From assembly GCA_000934665.2 (NCBI GenBank), contig KZ538486.1, forward strand, positions 62,001 to 126,000: DNA of 64,000 nt, given 5' to 3'. Numbering within the stretch: the first letter of the stretch is position 1; each line of letters starts with the position of its first letter. Source of the stretch: Catajapyx aquilonaris. Its lineage: Eukaryota. The notes below the pieces were generated by a model that saw only the letters and a program-made list of their open reading frames with translations, did not search any database and was not told where the DNA came from. Below, one piece after another: positions 27,765-40,346 of this stretch. The position numbers and the translations under genes are program-made.

Positions 27765-28311
27765 AACTCTTCCAGTTGGCGATTAGCTCTGCACAGAATG
27801 AGTCCCTGGCGTCAAATATGCATCTGATGCAGGGGAAATCCAGTCATCAATTTATATAAGTTTATAAATATATGGCTTCGGTTATGGAGGCAGTTAATTG
27901 GACTCGTGTACGTGACAACTCGCGCATGTGCGAAGCTTGCATGCAAATTATAACGTGTGATACTGTATGTTATTGGAAACTTCCAAGGTGAGCCGGTATG
28001 TGCGTATGTCATGTTCTGGGAAGTGATGGCACACCTGCGTTTCAGAATATTTCAGTGCTTATAAAACAAAAATATGGGCTATTGAAGATTTTATAGGCAA
28101 GAAATTCTGATACAGTATGTGGCGCAATGTGAATCAAAGCATTAAGAATAGGAAACATGCATTATACTGTACTTGCATATAATTATTTTAAATTTTGCCT
28201 CTAATGCATTTCAAATGTGGGCAAATAAACAAAGTAAAATATTAATTCTCATCCAACACTTTTATTATCTGCTCAATTCATTTCAATTAATGAACTGTAG
28301 TATTTGACCTT

Positions 28312-28764
28312 TTATCTTCGTGCTGCCGTGCACCCTCGGATCGGGTAGCATGGGTCAGTAATGCAAACAACATGTTGTAGTTCACATTTTTGTTTAGGGG
28401 GGCACGTCATGGTGCTGCAACCTGTGTTATTCGACATCAAAAAACATTAGCACATTCCCATAATATTATGCTATGCCAAAGCACCATACGTATTATGACT
28501 TTTTGAACAAGAACACATTCAGTAATGGCTTACTCTTGTCTTCAGGCATGCATACACCTTTACGGGGGCAATTTTGGTCGAAACACGGATAGTAGTTTTC
28601 GCACACAAAACCAGAGCTGCATTTCATTGTGACGCAAGCTGAAAGTAACAATATCAGTTATAATGTTCATCTGGTCATATCATAGTCATACTCGTGGAGG
28701 TTTGTCCGTTGCCCTCCCTGGGCACGAAGAGCAGAAGGGGCAGAAAAACAGCGAGAAACACTGA

Positions 28765-28848
<84 letters not shown>

Positions 28849-28901
28849 GAGAGAAAATGTGCAATGATTCTAAAATATATGCACTTACCGAATGATTTCA
28901 T
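28312..28901 (-). CDS. Secreted peptide with two six-Cys modules
   Basis: MKSFVFLAVFLPLLLFVPREGNGQTST-TCVTMKCSSGFVCENYYPCFDQNCPRKGVCMPEDK-SCSTMTCPPKQKCELQHVVCITDPCYPIRGCTAARR*; all introns phase 1, GT-AG. Confidence 0.88.
28768..28848. repeat. (ATT)n microsatellite in intron 1
   Basis: About 27 uninterrupted ATT units. Confidence 0.97.
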
Positions 28902-29676
28902 AATTTTTCTATGACAATCAGCTAGCTATAGGGAAATACGTATATAGCGTGCACAGAATGACCGTCTGTTCTATACACTGCTGATTCTGTGATGTGATTT
29001 CAGACCTTTCCATATTTGGCCTGATTTTATTGCGCCACTATTAATTGGTACCATGTTCATGCCAACTTGCGCATATGTGTAGCACATCCATCCTGCGCAT
29101 CTGGGAGTGATTATTTAGAGTGATTATGCAACTGAGCGGGGGAACGGCATTATTATAGCACGTTAGAAATAGTCTTATGAGTTTCATTATCTCCAATATT
29201 ATCCTTGTTACACATTTACCATCGCCAGCAACGGAAACAACACTATTTCTCGTAATAATATATTATTAGAAAATAAGTGGTTGAAGGCCAACTGTTCATA
29301 ATTGATAGTACGTTAACGATGGTTTTTCAAATGAACCTAATTAGGTTTATTTGAAAAATACGACAAAGTCGTATAATAAACTCCGCATTCATTATCACAT
29401 TTCCTAAGGACATACTAGAATATTGTGCCACTTCCTGATTTGATAAAAGGTACTCCAAATGACCGTCGATGAAGGTTCACCTGAAAAATAACATGCATTA
29501 TAATATCTGCGGGGTCAATTCTTGTGTCAAATTCATGCATATAATTATAAATTTAAATTCTGGTTCGTATGCATTTAAAATGTGGGCAAATAAACGAAGC
29601 AAAATTATAGTTCTCATCAAACACCTTTATTATCGGTCAATTCATTTCATGAACTGCCATTTTATCTGTTGAAATC

Positions 29677-30149
29677 CTATTTACACTCTGGGGGCGGGTA
29701 GCATGGAGTTGTAATGCAATTAATATTTTGTAATTCGCATTTTTGTCCGCTGGGGCACGTCGTGTTTCTGCAGCCTGTGTAATAATCGCAATAATCATCA
29801 CAATAATCACAACATAATATTCGACATGAAAAGACATTAGCACATTCTCTTATACTAGCACAAATCATGCATATTGTGAAAGAGAACACATTCAATAGTG
29901 TCTTACTCTGGCCTTCAGGTACGCATACACCTTTACGAGGGCAATTTTGGTCGAAACACGGATAGTAGTTTTCGCACACAAAACCAGAGCTGCACCTCAT
30001 TGTATCGCAAGCTGAAAGCAACAATATCAGTTATACTGTTTCATCTGGTCATATCATAGTCATACTCGTGAAGGTTTGTCCGTTGCCCTCCCTGGGTACG
30101 AAGAGCAGAAGCGGCAGAAAAACAGCGAGAAACACTGAAATTATTATTA

Positions 30150-30226
<77 letters not shown>

Positions 30227-30279
30227 GAGAAAATGCGCCGTGCTTATAAAAATACAATGCACTTACCGAATGATTTCAT
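29677..30279 (-). CDS. Secreted peptide with two six-Cys modules (recent duplicate of 28312-28901)
   Basis: MKSFVFLAVFLPLLLFVPREGNGQTFT-TCDTMRCSSGFVCENYYPCFDQNCPRKGVCVPEGQ-SCRNTTCPSGQKCELQNINCITTPCYPPPECK*. Confidence 0.88.
30140..30225. repeat. (ATT)n microsatellite in intron 1
   Basis: Paralogous ATT tract with one interruption near 30149-30152. Confidence 0.95.
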
Positions 30280-31751
30280 AATTATTTTGCTCAGACAACA
30301 AGCTAGCTAGGGGGATACGTATAGCCTGCAGAGGATGAGTATCTGTTCTCCAATGCTGATTCTGTGATGTGGATTCATACCTTTGCATGTTTGGCCTCAT
30401 TTTATTGCGCCGCTGTTAATATTGGTACCATGTTCATGCCAACTTGCACATATGTGTAGCACCTGCAAGGTTATCTGCTCGATTTGTGCTGAGAGAGGAT
30501 TAGCACACTTGCGTCTCAAGTTATTTCAGTAATTATATTCATCTGCAGATTTATTGGGCAGGGAAAATCGACATTTAAGGCATTGATTATACTGATACAT
30601 TATTTTAGCACGTTAGAAATAGTCTTATGGGATTCACTATCGGCAGTTATCCTTGTTACATATCTACATTGAACATAAAGTGATGATTCAGACTATTGAG
30701 TAATAGCATTGCACCATATTCCACGCAGAATAATTGCATGTAAATAATTAAAAAACTTAAGCATGCATGCTTAGGCAAACAGTCGACAAGACTGCCAATT
30801 TCCTTCTTGATATCTGCAAAGAACAAGAAGACCCTGTAATTCTGCGCTTATGAAATTAGCAAGTGCACGTGAGTTATTAAAATAAATCGGGGGATAGTAT
30901 AATGACAAACTCACAATAATTGTTGATCATGGTTGTAACGCTGCATGCATCAGATACATCCAGAACCTAAGGTATCTTAACGGTATGTGCTTCTATATGT
31001 TCATTCCAGACAGTTACTCCATATTGTTTATTACCCGCATTCAATAGTGATCTGCATATGAACATTTAGCAATGGCACTGTGACTGCGCCTAACACTTGC
31101 ATTCTTGGGAAATAGACATCCACTGCGTTACATGCGTGTTTCAGTGTCAACCGCCTTCAGCAATGTTTCTTTTAGTAAATTCGTACTGTAAACCACATAA
31201 TGTCAAAGGGCAAACAGTGCAAGTAGAGGAGAGGCGTAAGGGGCCATGCAAAATATGGATTATGAATATAATTATTTTTACAGCTACTTACAAACAGACA
31301 CTTTGGCTGAGAAGCTGCTGACAAGTGAGTGGAACCTCCGGGCATTGTCTTTTATAGCCTGTGGGTCTACAAATATTTTACCATAAAGCCTGCAAGAGAA
31401 GGCTACTTGAATTAAATGTTATAATCAACTATGATTATGGCTAATGCGCGTTGAAGGCCTGATGGGAGCGGGTAACGAAGTACTTAAATTCATAACCCGT
31501 GAAGTTTGCACGACAATCGCTATAGTTGTCATTCCTATAAAAAATATAGCATAACGGGACATATGGCCAGAATTAAGATGGTTTTACTTACATTACATTG
31601 GGAGAAAAAATATGTGTCTCTCCTTTTCAACTTTTTGCATATGAAATTAATATTACAGAGCAATTTGCTGTTGTGGTAGTTTTATTGTCAGGTTACATTA
31701 TTAAGCAGCAGTATTGATGTCATTATCCTTCACCAGTAAATATACATCGCT

Positions 31752-32294
31752 TTATTCATCTTTAGGAATGCATCCTCTTTCATAGTCACAAGGAGGCTGG
31801 GTGCACTCAGTTGTCAACAGCAGTTCACACTTCATTCCTTCAGGGCACGGAGGGTATTCGTAACAACCTAAAGCATTCATTAAAAAATTAATCGTCGCAA
31901 ATGTAAGGTGTGAAGCTGGCAATTTCAGGGAGTATACGTACTTTCGTTTGCCCAAACACACATGGGCCGATATGGACATTTACGGTCAACACATGGCCGA
32001 ACATTCGCGCAAGCTTGCCTGCATCTCACTCTCGAGCATGCTGAAAATGATTGGTCACAAATCACCTTGATTATCCAATATAGAATGCATCATGCTAACA
32101 AACCTTAAGTCTTTATGCATATACTTTATCCACCTTAAGTGCGCATATTCTTCGGTTTCAGCAAAGCACAGCAACAGCGGCATTAACAATACTGCTGATG
32201 TCACTAAAAAGTAGCCTATACAGATTAGATGTCAAAAATAATCATCTCGAGAATTCTCTGCCCACTTTCCAAAACACTTACAAATTTTGTTCAT
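31752..32294 (-). pseudogene. Two-module Cys-rich peptide gene with a damaged exon-2 splice donor (possible pseudogene)
   Basis: Exons are intact (MNKILTSAVLLMPLLLCFAETEEYAHL / CSRVRCRQACANVRPCVDRKCPYRPMCVWANE / SCYEYPPCPEGMKCELLLTTECTQPPCDYERGCIPKDE*), but the phase-1 C|GTAAGT donor seen in two paralogs is replaced at ~32102-32140. Confidence 0.6.
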
Positions 32295-32849
32295 GGTGTA
32301 CTGATGAAGAGTTGACACTCGACTGACTTCTGGCGGTTAGTTTAATATACTGATGGTATACCTATTTGCATAATGCTTCGACGTCATTCCAAGTGTGACC
32401 GCGTTTTTTTTGTTATCTACCTATTTAGATAATGGCATTGCACTTGCACGGCAGAGACAGGAAACGGCACGACATGCAGTAGCCTACTGGAAGTGTAAAA
32501 TGAAACTGAACGATATTAATCGCCAACTTAGTCAAAGACCCTGTCCATAAATTCACAAAATTATTTGGTAATTTAATTGCATCATTGTCAATGCCAACCT
32601 TCAGAAATCTGTGGTTTGGCAGCCGCTTTTGTACGGGCTCTTGCATGCTGTATTTTTGTGACGGGAAACGACCGTCTGTGGTTTCCCCCCGGGAAACACT
32701 CTCTACGTATATCCAAGGCTATTAAAATTACTAACTATGTAATAGTTTCCTGGGGAGTAAGCTATCACGACCACCAGTGACGTCACTAACTGCCAGGAAA
32801 GTTCCCCTTTACAAAATATCCATTAATTTGCACAAATTTTTGAAACATG

Positions 32850-33188
32850 CCAACTTCAACGTGGGGACAAGGTGCTACAAAGCAGGCAATGGATTGAATT
32901 GCACATTTGTATCCTGAAGGACAACTTTTGAATATGCAGCCTTCAGAAAAATATTGTGTCACTATCTCGAGCATAATGCCGAACTTAAATCCAGAACTGA
33001 TGTGTAAGATTACACTAAAGGTTATCCTAAAGTTGTTGTTGCTGCATTGTGCAAGAACATGTCACACAATCATGCATACATACTTTAATTTTTCCAAACA
33101 CACAAGGCATCGTAGGGACATTATTGGTCAATGCATGTATATGGTCGCACATCTTCATAAGCTTCCATGCATCTCCCGCTGAAACAAG
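32850..33188 (-). pseudogene. Pseudogene fragments of the Cys-rich family
   Basis: One exon CFSGRCMEAYEDVRPYTCIDQ*CPYDALCVWKN* carries two stops; the next exon GCIFKSCPSGYKCAIQSIACFVAPCPH is truncated before the sixth Cys. No signal exon found. Confidence 0.8.
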
Positions 33189-33638
33189 CTGAAAATGATT
33201 GGTCACACAACCTTACTGCAACAATTGCAAAAACTTGATGTATAATGTGCTGATGATATCCTGATATTCATGCAATGTCCCATTGCAGCCTGTTACACAT
33301 CTGTGGTACACATAAATAAAGAACTGCTGTGATAGAGTACACACAGGAGGTTCCAGGAACATCAGGTGCAGCCTGAAAAATACAATAATATTTTTCTGAG
33401 CTTTTTTGACATGACAATCAGACGTAGCTCACAACTTTATTGTCTCATTTTCAGGATAAACCAATTAATGAAACGTAAATAACTTTAGGGTCACTGTCAT
33501 ACTGTATGCTGATATCAGTCTTATTCATGTTTACTCGATAAGTTGATAGTAATGTCAGTCGACGAGTTTTAAACACTAATTCCAGGTTTTCTAACTGAAG
33601 AGGACACAGGTTCAACTCCACATTTTAAAATGTATATT

Positions 33639-35538
33639 AGGGAACCTCTCGAAGTGTCACTCGAAGTTCAAGGTGAAATATTTTTTTCGGGTTCTTTATC
33701 AGCTAGAAGGACAACACCCTTCTGGAGAAATCCTCGATCTCAGGCGTTTTCGAGATACAGAGGTCAAAACGATGTCAAGAATGGACCACTTTATGAAGGC
33801 CCTGAGGAAGCTATCATTAGTGCTATCGGCGAGATTTTGGGGATCTAGAGGTTCCTTGGGATGGGGAATACAGTGGCATAACCGAAAATCATGAATTATG
33901 CACATGAAGGGTACTTCTCAGGGAAGGGGGTGGGAGGTGGGGGACAAAAATTACTATAAACAAAGTATTTTCTACTCATTACGTCTTTAGACAGCACTGA
34001 CTGGACACCCAAGTTGGTGAATTTCGTCAAGAGGAGTGCTTCAGAAATTCTACATAATTCATGTGTGGGTGATTCTCCAAAAACTTACCAATACCATGTC
34101 CCAGCATAATAACTCAAAAATGGCTTGACTGAGAGAGTTGATTTTTTTAACATTTGGAGAAGCAGTTGACACCTAGCCATCCCCATGAAAACAAAGAAAA
34201 TATTAAATTAAGTTTTACTGCAAAAAATGTCAAAGGGCCTAAAATCACTATTCTTGGCATGTCCCGATCTCATTTTAAAGCATGCTATATTTTCTTACAA
34301 TTTTATTTTTAACATTAGATAAGTTTCAATACTATAATTAAATTGTACATAGTTGCAGGTATAAAAGAACATTTTTAAAACGATTTATTCATTTGACATG
34401 ACCTTGCTGCATCACTCCAAAGTGTGTCCCGAGTTTTCCCGGAAATAAAAAGTTCACACTCCTGGCTTATTTTTCTATGTCATAAAATAGCTTAAATGTT
34501 TTGAAATAACTCTGATTCCATGGCATGAAGGGTCTTCTTGAACCCACAGAAATGTCCAGAGTCAACGTTCGTTCTTGACCGTGATATTAATCCTAATGCA
34601 TCCAAATGTCATTTTCTCCCGGAAATTAAAAGTTCACACTCCTGGCTCATTTTTCTGTCACATAATAGTTTAAATGTTTTGAAATAACTGTGATTCCATG
34701 GAATGAAGGGTCTTCTTGAACCCACCGAAATCTCCATAGACAACGTTTGTTCTGGACCGTGATATTAATCCTATTGCATGCATAGGTCATTCTTCTGGCT
34801 CCCAAAGTCCTGGAAATATTCACTCTCCTGGCATTAGAATATCAGAATTAGTTCTCCATATTTTTCCCTGATTTGTGACCTCATATAGAGTAAGTGAGAA
34901 TTTTTCCAGATTTTTAAAACAAGTTTTGAAATTCATTAATTCTTGCTTTGAAAATGGTCAGTTTTTGGAGAATCACCCGTGTACATGATATAGTTAATGA
35001 AATTCACCAACTTGGGTGTCCGGTCAGTGCTGTCTAAGGGCCAGTTGCACCGACCTCAGTATATCTTATTAGAACCTCGGGTATATCAAGAATTACCATA
35101 GCAATCATTGTTGGTCAACAGTGATTGCTATGGCAATTCTTGATATACCCGAGGTTCTAAGATATACTGAGGTCGGTGCAACTGGCCCTAAAGACGTAAT
35201 GAGTAGAAAATACTTTGTTTATAGTAATTTTTGTCCCCCACCTCCCACCCCCTTCCCTGAGAAGTACCCTTCATGTGCATAATTCATGATTTTCCACTGC
35301 CACTGTATTCCCCATCCCAAGGAACCTCTAGATCCCCAAAATCTCGCCGATAGCACTAATGATAGCTTCCTCAGGGCCTTCATAAAGTGGTCCATTCTTG
35401 ACATCGTTTTGACCTCTGTATCTCGAAAACGCTTGAGATCGAGGATTTCTCCAGAAGGGTGTTGTCCTTCTAGCTGATAAGGAACCCGAAAAAAAATATT
35501 TCACCTTGAACTTCGAGTGACACTTCGAGAGGTTCCCT
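33639..35538. mobile_element. 1.9-kb non-autonomous element with ~400-450 bp terminal inverted repeats
   Basis: AGGGAACCTCTCGAAGTGTCACTCGAAGTTCAAGG... at the left end is mirrored almost perfectly at the right end. Internal ~180-bp tandem duplication (~34435-34790), no transposase ORF, and an empty paralogous site at ~41220-41280. Confidence 0.9.
35038..35188. mobile_element. PIF/Harbinger (Tourist-like) palindromic MITE nested in the right TIR
   Basis: TAA|GGGCCAGTTGCACCGACCTCAGTATATCTT...AAGATATACTGAGGTCGGTGCAACTGGCCC|TAA. The left TIR shows the empty site with a single TAA. Confidence 0.92.
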
Positions 35539-35691
35539 GTTTAGTTACATTTAAAATGTTTTTGGGATGGGTGCCAATTATAAGCACTCCCCAACTCCAT
35601 ATCCACTCACATGCTACAGGCTGACCAATGAATTATATCAGGACTTTCGGCTCATTGCATTTATTCAGCTATAATACAATATTATTGCAGT

Positions 35692-36126
35692 TTACTCAGG
35701 ACCGTCAACTTTGACACAGGTTGGTGTGCCGGTGGGACAAGGTGTTGTAATGCAATAAATTGTCGGAGTCTTGCATGTGTATCCTGGGGGACAGAAGATG
35801 CCGAACCCGCAGTCTGTAAAATAATATATGAATATTATATATAATATTATATATTATATTAATATTATGAATGAAACATGTTCAGTTCAATAATTATAAC
35901 TTGTTCAGAAGTAGTTTAAATGCTAATTTTGCTTGTAGGAGATTCACGATGACTCACATGATGCATTTCCGTCTGTGACAAAGAACACCAAGAACATCAG
36001 AATAACACCGAAAATCTCTGAAAATGTACAATGGACAACATACTATATGATTATGCATGTAGTGCATATCCACATAATTATTGAGAGTAAAACCAATGAA
36101 AAGTAACACTTGCGAAATGAATTCAT
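35692..36126 (-). CDS. Secreted single-module six-Cys peptide (GC-AG first intron)
   Basis: MNSF-QIFGVILMFLVFFVTDGNAS-YCGFGIFCPPGYTCKTPTIYCITTPCPTGTPTCVKVDGPE*. The first donor is GCAAGT where paralogs have GTAAGT. Confidence 0.75.
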
Positions 36127-36641
36127 CGTTGAGCAGTCTATAGTCGATGAGACGATATGCACGGAGGAGCTTGAGGATAGTAGGCTATGTGGGAACTGGA
36201 TGAGTTCAAGCAGGCTACTCAAATAGCAGTAAGTTGTGTATCTGTTGATCTGTCATCTAAATGTGATCCATACTCTACAGAAGTGCACGTGCGGCAATTA
36301 TGTCACAACCTCGATCATTGTGCAGAACAGAAATCCAATTTGCTTCATATTGCATGACTGAACAGCATGGTGAACCAGAATGATCTGGTTAGCAGTAGAT
36401 TGTGATTATCAGACTATAGCTATAATATAGCACATAACGCCACAATGAACATGCAAAATTTCGCATCAGGCTGTCTTCTATAGTTTTTCTGTAGGGAATG
36501 GCTATTCGACAGGTTTCACTGTAGTAAAATCAAGCGTAATTTCCACAAATTATATTGCATTATTTTATTGTCAGGTTACATTGTTACACAGCAGTATTGA
36601 TATCATGTTATCATTTTTCAGTAGGCTAAATATACATCCAT

Positions 36642-37160
36642 TTATTCATCTTTTGGAATGCATCCTCTTTCATAATTATAGCAAGGAGGCTGGGTGCATT
36701 CAGTTTTCATCAGCAGTTCACACTTCATTCCTTCAGGGCACTCAGGGTATTCGTAACAACCTAAAGCAATGCACAAAGTAGATATTGTCGTAAATGTGAG
36801 GTGTGAAGCTGGCTATTTCAGCGAGTATACCTACTTTCGTTTCTCCCAACGCAAGTAGCCTGATAGCGACATTTGCGGTCAACACATGGCCGAACATCTT
36901 CGCAAACTTCCATGCAACTCACGCTCGAGCAAGCTGAAAATAATTGGTCGCAGATGACCTTCATTGTAGAATTGCATCATGGCGATCAAACCGATTCAAT
37001 ACTTACGTGTTAAGCGTGAATAATCTTCAGTTTCAGCAAAGCATAGCAGCAGCTACATTAACACTACTAATGTCACTAAAAAGTAGAGATAAGCTGTGAA
37101 ATTATCTGGACTATTATATTAAAAGAACCACTTTCGAAAACACTTACAAATTTTGATCAT
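36642..37160 (-). CDS. Secreted peptide with two six-Cys modules
   Basis: MIKILT... signal exons, then CSSVSCMEVCEDVRPCVDRKCRYQATCVGRNE and SCYEYPECPEGMKCELLMKTECTQPPCYNYERGCIPKDE*. Confidence 0.85.
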
Positions 37161-37591
37161 GGTGTACTGATGAATAGTTGACACTCGACTGTGACTCGCA
37201 CGGTAATTTTATTACACTGTTCCTATACTTGCATAATGACTTGACGTCATTCCAGGTGTGACCGCTGCATCATGTTGGCATTACTCGGCAGAGACAGGAA
37301 TTTACGTGAAGTACGGTTTTGAAATTGTAAATTGAACTTAACGACATTAATTATTATTGTTAGAAGAATGATAACATAATACTTGTCCCACTATAATTTT
37401 ATTAAGTGCTAGATACTAATTGGGCTGACAATACAGGCCATTTCTCTGACAGAATTGACTACCATCTGTGGTATAGTATAGACTTAATCAGGTGTAATTT
37501 TCACTAATTGCATATTTTATTGTAATGTTACGTTGTTATACAGCGGTTTTTATTAATGTCATTATCATTCTTCAGTAAATTATACATTTCT

Positions 37592-38127
37592 TTATTCGTC
37601 TTTAGGAATACAGCCTCTTTCGTAATCACAAGGAGGCTGGGTGCACTCAGTTGTCATCAGCAGTTCACACTTCATTCCTTCAGGGCATGGAGGGTATTCG
37701 TAACAGCCTAAATCATACACAGAATAGAATTGTCGTAAATGTCAGATGTTCCATGTACGGAGCTAACAGGTCAGTGAGTATACGTACTTTCGTTTGCCCA
37801 AACGCAAGCAGCCACATACGGACATTTACGGTCAACACATGGCCGCACATCTTCGCAAGCTTGCATGCATCTCACGCTCGAGCAGGCTGAAAATGATCGG
37901 TCACCACAGATTACCTTCATTGTATAGAATCCATCATGGCGATCAAACCGATTCAATACTTACGTGTTATGTGCGCATATTCTTCGTTTTCAGCAAAGCA
38001 CAGCAGCAGTGGCATTAACAATACTGCTGATGTCACTAAAAAGTAGCCTATATACAGATTAGATGATTGTGAAATCGTCTCGAGAATTCTCTGCCCACTT
38101 TCCAAAACACTTACAAATTTTGTTCAT
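37592..38127 (-). CDS. Secreted peptide with two six-Cys modules
   Basis: MNKILTSAVLLMPLLLCFAENEEYAHIT-PCSSVRCMQACEDVRPCVDRKCPYVAACVWANE-SCYEYPPCPEGMKCELLMTTECTQPPCDYERGCIPKDE*. Confidence 0.87.
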
Positions 38128-39033
38128 GGTGTACTGATGAAGAGTTGACACTCGACTGACTTCTGGCAGTTAGTATAATATACTGTTGATGTGCCTATTT
38201 GCATAAAGTCGACGTCATGCAAGGTGCTTCGACGTCATGCAAGGTGTGGCCAATTTTTTTGCTATCTACTTGTATAAGGGCATTACTCGGTTTGCAGTAC
38301 CCGAAGTATGTAAAATGAAACTGAACGATATAAGTGTTATCATACGATAAGACGTTAAAAATTACTTGGTACATTGTAATATTTAATTTATTGCTCAATA
38401 ATAATTGGGGTGGCAAAACAGGGCATTTCTCTACCCAAGTTGATGACTCCCTGACTGATTTATTATTATTCACACACTCTCTTTTCTTCAGACTGTCACT
38501 TTGGGCATTTTAATACAAAATGTTATAATTTAATTGCATCATTGCCAACCTTCAGAATTCTGTGGTTTGGCAGCCGCCTTTGTACTGGATATTGCATGCG
38601 GTGCGTTATTTTGTGACGGGAAACAAATATGGTTTTGCCCGGGCAACACTCTGTACGTGTATCCAAGGTAAAAATTACTAATGTAATAGTTTCCTTTCCT
38701 TGGGCGCGGGCGTAACCTGTTCCGACCATCAGTGGCGTCACTCACGGCCAGGAAAGTCCCAATATTACATGGTATTTAGTATTTATTTTACCAGTGAGCT
38801 ACAATGCCCTTTTGGCTACTTCACCATATGACATAATTATATGAACAGATATAACTCAAACCATACAACAAAATCAAGAAACCAATATTATATGAAGCAT
38901 CTATATATTGAATATATCCCCCTTTACATAATACCAATTTATTTGCACATGTTTTTGAAACAGGCTAACTTCCACACTCATAAATATTACTTGGAATGAT
39001 TTATGAGTTTGTTTTAGATAACAATCGGAAGTA

Positions 39034-39351
39034 ATAATAATAATAATAATAATAATTTGATACCCCATTATCAGCCTACGGGCTTTCCTAGGGGGGGGGG
39101 GGGATTTCTCCCAATTTTTTGTCTGGAACTCTTCCATTTTTACTATTTTTCTCATCACCGGAATGAAGCAGGGAAAGGGAAGGAAGGAGGCGGCTGTGGC
39201 CTATAATACGGTAACGACCCCGGAATTATCCTGCAAGGACCATGGGAAACCACAGAAAACCATGGTCAGGGTCGCCGGCCTCCGGGATTCGAACCCAGGA
39301 CCTCCCGATTAGCAGTCGGACACCATACCACTACACCACTACTGCTTCGGT
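39034..39351 (-). mobile_element. tRNA-derived SINE
   Basis: Minus-strand head with A box TGGTGTAGTGG and B box GGTTCGAATCC, (TTA)n tail, and a 13-bp TSD ACAATCGGAAGTA at 39021-39033 and 39352-39364. Confidence 0.92.
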
Positions 39352-39469
39352 ACAATCGGAAGTATCTCACAACTTCACTGTCCCGTTTTCAGGATAAGAC
39401 AAATAATGAAACTCAAATCAGTTCCGGGTCATTGGCACATTTAATCAGTGAAATGACAATTACTGCAGG

Positions 39470-39858
39470 TTACCCATCAGTGTCGATTGGTACGCAGGTT
39501 GGCCGTCCAGAAGGACAAGGTGCTCTAACGCAGTTTATTGTGTGATATTCGCATCTGTATCCTACAGGACACGTCGTGAACGCACAGCCTGAAAAGAGAT
39601 AGTTATTATGAAAAATATGTCGAGTTCATAATTATAATTTGTTGAGGACAATCATAATTATGCATGCCAACTTCAATCAAGTTTTAGGAAAATTCACCAT
39701 TGGTGGTGGCGCCACTTCCGTCTGTGACTGTGAAGACCAGGAACACAAGAACACCAAAAATCACTGAAAGTTTAAAAAAATGAATGATATATGCATCGTG
39801 TATCCTACTTTCATGAAAAGCAGAACATAAAGTAGTGCTACTTACCAAACGATTTCAT
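39470..39858 (-). CDS. Secreted single-module six-Cys peptide
   Basis: MKSFVIFGVLVFLVFTVTDGSGATTN-GCAFTTCPVGYRCEYHTINCVRAPCPSGRPTCVPIDTDG*; three exons with phase-1 introns. Confidence 0.87.
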
Positions 39859-40346
39859 AATTTTATGCTACCCAGTAGATTAGATGATCAGCACAGAGCA
39901 ACAGCTTGATGTATAATGTGATCATATGCTGATCATAGATATGATGATGTTCACGCAATGTCCCATTGCAGCCTGTTACACATCTGTAGATCTGGTATTT
40001 GTAATTATGACTCTATTCTCTACAGAAATAGTACTTTTACTCGTTAACTCGAGCATTGTGCAGCACATAATGAAGAACTGCTGTGAACTATTTTTTTCTA
40101 TCTTAGTTTCTGCCTTCGAACGGATGAATAATTAGAATATTATTAAAATATCATCAGTAGATCAACCTCTGGAACAAATTGGTTAAAACCAGGTGCAGCC
40201 TGAAAAATAGGTTTTTTTGAGATGACAGTAATTAGAAGTAGGTCATAACTTCACTGTCCCATTTTCAGGATAAGCCAAATAATGAAACGCAAATCACTTC
40301 CGGGTCACTGGAACATTTATTCAGTGAAATTAACAGTTACTGCTTG

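Noticed and set aside
28667..30310. Poly-Asn and poly-Leu ORFs
   Set aside because: Translations of intronic (ATT)n microsatellites.
30750..31360. TATA box plus signal-peptide-like start (MAPYASPLLALFAL*)
   Set aside because: The frame stops after 14 codons and no intact module exon follows; at most a remnant.
33630..35477. Duplicate short ORFs on opposite strands
   Set aside because: Artefacts of the terminal inverted repeats.
39270..39351. tRNA-like sequence with A and B boxes
   Set aside because: It is the head of a SINE with body, tail and TSD, not a tRNA gene.
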